DNA of 64,000 nt, from the NCBI GenBank assembly GCA_902597895.1, contig CACJZM010000001.1, positions 191,837 through 255,836 on the forward strand, read 5' to 3'. Positions 58,504 to 64,000 of this stretch are shown here, in pieces (the first letter of the stretch is position 1; the number at the start of each line of letters is the position of its first letter). The stretch comes from an uncultured Pelagibacteraceae bacterium. Lineage in GTDB: Bacteria > Pseudomonadota > Alphaproteobacteria > Pelagibacterales > Pelagibacteraceae. A program made the position numbers and the translations under genes. The notes beneath the pieces are model-generated. The model saw nothing but the letters and a program-made list of their open reading frames with translations. It ran no database searches and was not told the DNA's origin.

Positions 58504-59854
58504 TCTTACAAATCCAGAAGTAGCAATTTTGATGATGGGGGTATTTTTGTTTTCAGTATTATTAGGATTTCCAATAGCCTTCACTCTGATGGCTATGGGA
58601 ATAGGCTTTGGTTATTATGCTTATTATGATCCAGTTTTAATGGATCATCTTTTTGATAATAGAATATTTTCTTTGTTTGTTAAAAACACTTACACAGTAA
58701 TGGATAATAACGTTCTTACAGCAGTTCCACTTTTTTTATTTATGGGATATTTAGTTGAGCGTGCAGGAATTGTAGCAAAATTATTTTTTGCTATTAGACT
58801 TGCGGCACACAGATTGCCAGCATCTATGGCTGTAGCAGCTCTAATAACTTGTGCCCTATTTTCCACTGCAACAGGAATTATAGGAGCAGTTGTTACTTTA
58901 ATGGGCTTGCTAGCTTGGCCAGCAATGGTCAAAGCTGGATATGACAAAAAATTTGCATCAGGAATAATTTGTAGCGGCGGGTGTTTAGGAATTTTAATTC
59001 CACCAAGTATTATGTTGATTGTTTATTCAGTAATTGCACAATTATCACCATTAAGATTATTTGCAGCTGCAATTTTTCCAGGATTGATGTTAGCAGGATT
59101 ATATATTGCTTATGCAGTGTTCAGAGCGTGGCTTAATCCTTCTATTGCTCCAAGACCTCCAGCAGAGGATATTCCGCCTAGAGCAGAAATTTTAAAAGAA
59201 GTAATGGTTTCTTTTGTTCCTTTATTTGGTTTAATAATGTTGGTTCTTGGAACAATTTTAGCAGGAATTGCTACTCCAGCCGAAGCAGCAGCAGCAGGAG
59301 CATTTGGTGCGATACTGTTATCATGGTTTTATAAAACTTTAAAATGGCAAAATTTTAAAGAGTCTGTTTTTCTAACCGCAAAAACTACTGCAATGATTAT
59401 GTGGTTGTTTATTGGGTCTTGGACTTTTTCATCTGTCTTCTCTTATCTAGGAGGACATGAGGTATTTGAACATTTCTTCACATCAATAAATATAACTACG
59501 TGGCAGTTTTTGGTAATAACTCAAATTATAATTTTTCTTTTAGGATGGCCTTTAGAGTGGACAGAAATTTTAATTATATTTGTGCCAATTTTTTTACCAT
59601 TGCTAGAAATATTTCAGGTTAATCCATATTTCTTTGCTATGTTAATTGCTTTAAATTTACAGACTTCGTTTCTAACTCCACCTATGGCAATGTCTGCTTA
59701 TTATTTAAAAGGTGTTCAAAAAACAAATGTTGAACTAATGCAAATATTTAGAGGTATTATGCCATTTTTAGCTATAGTTATTTTTGGGATGTTTTTAATG
59801 TATATGTTTCCAGGTATTGCTCTATGGTTGCCTGAAGTATTATTTGCAGACTAA
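58493..59854 (+). CDS. TRAP transporter large permease (DctM)
   Basis: AVPLFLFMG, GILIPPSIMLI, ATPAEAA, NLQTSFLTPP. Confidence 0.95.
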   Translation: MLFSLTNPEVAILMMGVFLFSVLLGFPIAFTLMAMGIGFGYYAYYDPVLMDHLFDNRIFSLFVKNTYTVMDNNVLTAVPLFLFMGYLVERAGIVAKLFFAIRLAAHRLPASMAVAALITCALFSTATGIIGAVVTLMGLLAWPAMVKAGYDKKFASGIICSGGCLGILIPPSIMLIVYSVIAQLSPLRLFAAAIFPGLMLAGLYIAYAVFRAWLNPSIAPRPPAEDIPPRAEILKEVMVSFVPLFGLIMLVLGTILAGIATPAEAAAAGAFGAILLSWFYKTLKWQNFKESVFLTAKTTAMIMWLFIGSWTFSSVFSYLGGHEVFEHFFTSINITTWQFLVITQIIIFLLGWPLEWTEILIIFVPIFLPLLEIFQVNPYFFAMLIALNLQTSFLTPPMAMSAYYLKGVQKTNVELMQIFRGIMPFLAIVIFGMFLMYMFPGIALWLPEVLFAD

Positions 59855-59859
59855 AAAAA

Positions 59860-61185
59860 ATGATTGATATATTTTCGTTAAGTGTTGAGGAAATGGCCTT
59901 AAAAATAAAAGAGGGTCAATTAACTTCTGTTGAGATTTGTGAAAAATATATTGAAAGAATAAAAAAATTTGAAAAAGATGTAAAAGCATGGGCACACTTT
60001 GATAAAAAAATATTATTAGAGAAAGCAGCTGATGCTGATGAGCATAGAAAATCTGGAAAACCGGTTGGCTTGCTTCATGGAGTTCCTGTAGCTATTAAAG
60101 ACATAATTGGAACTGTAGATATGCCAACTGAGTGTGGAACACCAATAAGAAAAGGTAAATCTTATTCACAAAATGCTGAGATAGTTGAACTTTTACATTC
60201 AGCAGGGGCAATTGTGATGGGCAAAACAGCTACATCTGAATTGGCATATCTTGGACCACCAAAAACTACTAACCCTCACGATTATTCTCGAACTCCAGGT
60301 GGCTCTTCAAGTGGATCAGCAGCTTCTGTTGCTTCATTTATGACCCCACTTTCAATCGGATCACAAACAGGTGGATCAGTTATTAGACCTGCTTCTTACT
60401 GTGGGGTTGTAGGTTATAAACCAAGTTATGGTCTAATTTCAAGAAACGGTGTTTTGAAAACTTCCTATATACTTGATCATATAGGTATGTTTGGAAGAAA
60501 AGTCGAAGATGTAGCATTATTAGCAAAGGTTTTAGTTAAAAAAGATCGTCATGATCCAGCTACCATCTATTATTCAGCTGAAAATATGTTGGAAGAAACA
60601 AAAAAAGGACCATTGTTTGAACCAAAATTTATTTTTTATAAGTCAGATTATTGGAAAATAATTGATAAAAAATCTAGAGAGTCATTTGAATATTTTATTA
60701 AGTCATTTAAAAATATAGAGGTATTTGATACACCTTCGTATTTTAAAGAAATACATAAGTATCATCAAATTATTCATGAAACAGATTTAGCTAATAATTT
60801 TGCCTTGTATTATAAAAAATATAAAAAAAAATTATCTAAATACATGCAAACGGCTATATCAAAAGGTAACAAGTATTCAGCAAAAGACTATACAGAGGCA
60901 GTTGATTTCAAAAAAAGGAGCTTAGAATCATATCAAGAAGTTTTTGAGGATTATCATGGAGTATTGTCTCCTTCTAGTCCTGGCGTTGCTCCAAAAGGTT
61001 TAAAGAGTACAGGAACTGCTGAATTTAATAAAGTATGGTCTTATCTAGGCTTACCTTGTATATCCCTTCCTCTGCTACAAGGAGAAAATAATTTGCCATT
61101 AGGAGTGCAATTAGTAGGTAATCTTTATGATGATCATAGATTTTTAGGGGTTGCTAATTGGTTAGAAAAGGAATGTAATAATTAA
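59860..61185 (+). CDS. Amidase signature family enzyme
   Basis: VAIKD, TPGGSSSGSAA, GSQTGGSVIRPASYCG (Ser-cisSer-Lys triad). Confidence 0.93.
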   Translation: MIDIFSLSVEEMALKIKEGQLTSVEICEKYIERIKKFEKDVKAWAHFDKKILLEKAADADEHRKSGKPVGLLHGVPVAIKDIIGTVDMPTECGTPIRKGKSYSQNAEIVELLHSAGAIVMGKTATSELAYLGPPKTTNPHDYSRTPGGSSSGSAASVASFMTPLSIGSQTGGSVIRPASYCGVVGYKPSYGLISRNGVLKTSYILDHIGMFGRKVEDVALLAKVLVKKDRHDPATIYYSAENMLEETKKGPLFEPKFIFYKSDYWKIIDKKSRESFEYFIKSFKNIEVFDTPSYFKEIHKYHQIIHETDLANNFALYYKKYKKKLSKYMQTAISKGNKYSAKDYTEAVDFKKRSLESYQEVFEDYHGVLSPSSPGVAPKGLKSTGTAEFNKVWSYLGLPCISLPLLQGENNLPLGVQLVGNLYDDHRFLGVANWLEKECNN

Positions 61186-61186
61186 A

Positions 61187-61363
61187 ATGCAAAAACTTAC
61201 AACATTTCTAGGATCTTTACTTGCAGTAGCTTTTTTAGTTGGTCTTGCATTTACATTAACCAGATCATCGATGATAGGTTTTTTTGATGTATTACCTGTT
61301 TATATTTTAATGGGTATAGCAATTTTTATGATGGTCTATGAAGCATTTTTCGATAAAAAATAA
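61187..61363 (+). CDS. Small two-helix membrane protein, 58 aa (not in ORF track)
   Basis: MQKLTTFLGSLLAVAFLVGLAFTLTRSSMIGFFDVLPVYILMGIAIFMMVYEAFFDKK; fills the amidase-DMT gap. Confidence 0.75.
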   Translation: MQKLTTFLGSLLAVAFLVGLAFTLTRSSMIGFFDVLPVYILMGIAIFMMVYEAFFDKK

Positions 61364-61374
61364 TTTCAAAAATC

Positions 61375-62277
61375 TTGAGTAAAAGTTCAAATAGCCCATT
61401 AGCTTTAGCACTATTATTAATTCAACCAATTTTTATGGCAAGCAATTTAATTGTTGCAAGAGGTGGCGTAGAATATGTCCCCCCTATTTCATTAGCATTT
61501 TGGAGATGGACATTAGTATTTATAATATTGTTCATTTTTAACTTTTATTTTTTAAAAGATAAACTTAGATCAATTAAAAAAGAGTTTTTTAAACTTTTTT
61601 TTCTTGGGGCAATGGGTTGTGGAGTTTGTGGAGCATTCCCATTCTTAGCAGGTAAGACAACTACCATAGTTAATATGGGAATAATTTATACATCATCCCC
61701 AATTTTTATAATTTTAATTTCATCCTTATTTTTTAGAGAAAAGATAAATTATTTAAAAATTATTGGTCTTATATCTTGTTTAGTAGGTGTATTTATTATT
61801 ATAATTAAAGGGGATATTTCTTTCTTAATAAATCTTAAATTTACTATGGGAGATTTATGGATGTTAGGAGCTGCTATTGGTTGGGCTCTTTATTCTATAT
61901 ATCTTTTTTATTGGAAATCAGATTTAGCAGTTTTTCCTAGATTTACTCTAATTGCATTTTTTGGTGCTGTAAGTCTTTTGCCATTCTATATTTTAGAAGA
62001 AAATTTTTTTTTAAAAACTAATTTTGATAATAATTTTCTATTTTGGGTTTCCTTTGCTGCGATTTCACCAGGTATAATTGCTTTCAGTTTATATACATTG
62101 ACACAAAAATATTTAGGCGCATCAACAACTGGCTTTACCTTATATTTATTTACGGTTTATGGAGCATTCTATGGTATATTTCTATTTCAAGAGAAATTAG
62201 AATTATTTCATTATATTGGTACTATTCTAGTATTTATTGGAATATTTCTAGTAAAGAAAAAAATTAAAAATGCCTAA
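61375..62277 (+). CDS. DMT/EamA family transporter
   Basis: PPISLAFWRW, SSPIF...FREK, GDLW, about 10 TM helices. Confidence 0.92.
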   Translation: MSKSSNSPLALALLLIQPIFMASNLIVARGGVEYVPPISLAFWRWTLVFIILFIFNFYFLKDKLRSIKKEFFKLFFLGAMGCGVCGAFPFLAGKTTTIVNMGIIYTSSPIFIILISSLFFREKINYLKIIGLISCLVGVFIIIIKGDISFLINLKFTMGDLWMLGAAIGWALYSIYLFYWKSDLAVFPRFTLIAFFGAVSLLPFYILEENFFLKTNFDNNFLFWVSFAAISPGIIAFSLYTLTQKYLGASTTGFTLYLFTVYGAFYGIFLFQEKLELFHYIGTILVFIGIFLVKKKIKNA

Positions 62278-63085
62278 AAGAATAAAAATGTTTTCAATTT
62301 TTTTAATAACATTAATATTAATTTACTTAACTATTTCATTAACTCTTTTTCTCTCACAAAGAAGTTTACTTTATCATCCTGTTGAAAATAATTATTTTGG
62401 TGACGATCTTAAAGTTGAAATTGAAAAAGTAAAAATTAATACAGAAGATAATCTAAATTTACTAGCCTGGTTTCACAAAAAAGATATTAAAAATTTTAAA
62501 ACAATTTTATATTTTCATGGAAATGCGGGAGCCTTAGAAAATAGAATTCATAAAATTAATAAGTTTAAAGACATAAATGTAAATTTTTTATTATTGGCTT
62601 GGAGAGGATTTAGTGGAAATCAAGGCAAACCTACTGAACAAGGTCTGTATAAAGATGCAAAAGGAGCAATTAAGTGGCTAAATGAAAAAGGAATTGAAGA
62701 TAAAAATATAATTATTTATGGCGAGTCTTTAGGAACAGGAATTGCAACCGAAGTCGCTCAAAACAAAAATTTTGCTGGTATTATTTTAGAGTCTCCATTT
62801 ACCTCGATGGTAGATGCTGGAGCATCTAAATATCCAATATTTCCAATAAAACTTCTATTAAAAGATAAATATGAAAGTAATAAAAAAATTAAAAACATTA
62901 GATCACCCATATTAGTAATGCATGGTGTAGAAGATAAAATAGTTCCATTTTATATGGGTAAAAAGATATTTGAGTTAGCTAATGAACCAAAATATTCATA
63001 TTTTCCAAAATATGACGATCATATGATGGAATTTAATCAAGAATTAATAAATACAATTGATAAATTTATCTTAAGTTTAAATTAG
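62270..63085 (+). CDS. Alpha/beta hydrolase (BEM46/ABHD13-like), membrane anchored
   Basis: YFHGNAG, GESLG nucleophile, ESPFTS, HG..DKIVP, DDH. Confidence 0.92.
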   Translation: MPKRIKMFSIFLITLILIYLTISLTLFLSQRSLLYHPVENNYFGDDLKVEIEKVKINTEDNLNLLAWFHKKDIKNFKTILYFHGNAGALENRIHKINKFKDINVNFLLLAWRGFSGNQGKPTEQGLYKDAKGAIKWLNEKGIEDKNIIIYGESLGTGIATEVAQNKNFAGIILESPFTSMVDAGASKYPIFPIKLLLKDKYESNKKIKNIRSPILVMHGVEDKIVPFYMGKKIFELANEPKYSYFPKYDDHMMEFNQELINTIDKFILSLN

Positions 63086-63135
63086 GTCACATTCTAAACA
63101 AATAGTCTTCTTATTTAAGAAATATAATAATTATT

Positions 63136-63696
63136 ATGAGAAGATTTATAATATTTTTAATTATAATTTTAATTTCCACCAATTTGTATGCAGAACAAAA
63201 CGATATTGACAAAGAAGACTTTTTTTATATCGGGAAAATGGCATCGCATAATGAAAAATTTACTCTTTATTTTAAAACTAGACAAAAAGCTATTTTAGCG
63301 AGAGGAGAGGAATATAATTATATTACAGATTTCCCTCAAGACTTATATATTTATAATCATCATACCAAGACTGATGAATCACTTATTTCTTATGATTGGT
63401 TTCCATCTAGTGCAAAAAAAATAATTGAAAATTACGATTTTCCAGTTTTTCCTGAAGATTTTGCATATTATTTATTGAATGACAACAATACTCTCATAAT
63501 GGTGAGTGCAATCAAAAATATAAATGCGAATTTAGTTTTTGATATTTCAAAAAGAAATTTAAAAAAATATGATGAAAAAAATAAACTAGAATTTATTATT
63601 TCATCGATAGCAAAAAAATGTGGCTATTTTAGTTTGGAAGAAACATATAATTGTAATTATTATAAACCTTTGATCTCAAATAACTTGATTAACTAA
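63136..63696 (+). CDS. Hypothetical exported protein
   Basis: 186-aa ORF with signal peptide (MRRFIIFLIIILISTNLYA); TATAAT 7 nt before ATG. Confidence 0.75.
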   Translation: MRRFIIFLIIILISTNLYAEQNDIDKEDFFYIGKMASHNEKFTLYFKTRQKAILARGEEYNYITDFPQDLYIYNHHTKTDESLISYDWFPSSAKKIIENYDFPVFPEDFAYYLLNDNNTLIMVSAIKNINANLVFDISKRNLKKYDEKNKLEFIISSIAKKCGYFSLEETYNCNYYKPLISNNLIN

Positions 63697-64000
63697 TTTC
63701 AACAAAGGCTTCCGCAAACTTCTTAGCATTAAATACTTGAAGATCGTCCTCTTTTTCTCCAAGTCCAAGAGCAATAATTGGAAGTTTATATTTTTTTGCT
63801 ACTGCTATTAATATTCCTCCCTTAGCAGTTCCGTCTAATTTTGTCATAATTAATCCTGTAATTGGAATAATTTTATTAAATTCTTCAACTTGATTTATTA
63901 CATTTTGGCCTGATGTTGCATCAAGAATTAATAATACTTCATGGGGAGCATTTGGATCAATTTTTTTTGTAACATTTGCAATTTTTTTATATTCTTCCAT
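63689..64000 (-). CDS. ftsY: Signal recognition particle receptor FtsY (C-terminal part; runs off window end)
   Basis: LILDATSGQN, TKLDGTAKGG, GLGEKEDDL. Confidence 0.96.
   Translation of the reverse strand: MEEYKKIANVTKKIDPNAPHEVLLILDATSGQNVINQVEEFNKIIPITGLIMTKLDGTAKGGILIAVAKKYKLPIIALGLGEKEDDLQVFNAKKFAEAFVEIS

Noticed and set aside
3821-62267. Numerous 60-127 aa antisense or out-of-frame ORFs in the track (e.g. 3821-4090, 8987-9247, 10501-10866, 36021-36404, 58690-58947)
   Set aside because: They lie wholly or mostly inside well-supported genes and show no recognisable motifs, consistent with shadow ORFs
8881-63696. Convergent genes with overlapping stop codons (8881-8891, 15346-15349, 21906-21909, 28999-29002, 39867-39874, 63689-63696)
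   Set aside because: An ordinary consequence of genome streamlining, not a distinct system
1-64000. CRISPR arrays, rRNA, transposases, restriction or anti-phage defence systems
   Set aside because: No regularly spaced repeats or diagnostic protein motifs were seen by eye

Overview
Very AT-rich, gene-dense alphaproteobacterial chromosome segment with tiny or overlapping intergenic spaces. Gene content and order point to a streamlined SAR11/Pelagibacterales genome (inference). The window runs from a partial rho to a partial ftsY. It contains the hemJ-hemH-hemE | DUF299-maf-aroE-coaE-dnaQ divergence, whose intergenic region looks like oriC (DnaA-trio-like repeats, degenerate DnaA boxes). It also carries secB/fxsA/tim44/smr, hslUV, his genes, lolA/ftsK, tRNA-Gly(GCC), purH, rpe, an acetate permease/acs module, tsaD/hemCD/folD, a photorepair cluster (Fe-S-free (6-4)-type photolyase, DUF2256, inverted-domain short photolyase), argG, ccmC-H, and a long 2-hydroxy-acid oxidation/TRAP/amidase cluster. 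No CRISPR, rRNA, integrase or transposase was seen. The best candidate for something undescribed is an unannotated ~60-nt hairpin RNA between hspQ and ccmC: its 29-nt loop shows two anti-Shine-Dalgarno motifs, and both match the ribosome-binding site of the acetate-permease operon in this window. Other points: many promoters are placed to give leaderless mRNAs, the tRNA CCA end overlaps the downstream gene's SD, and three small ORFs are missing from the ORF track.
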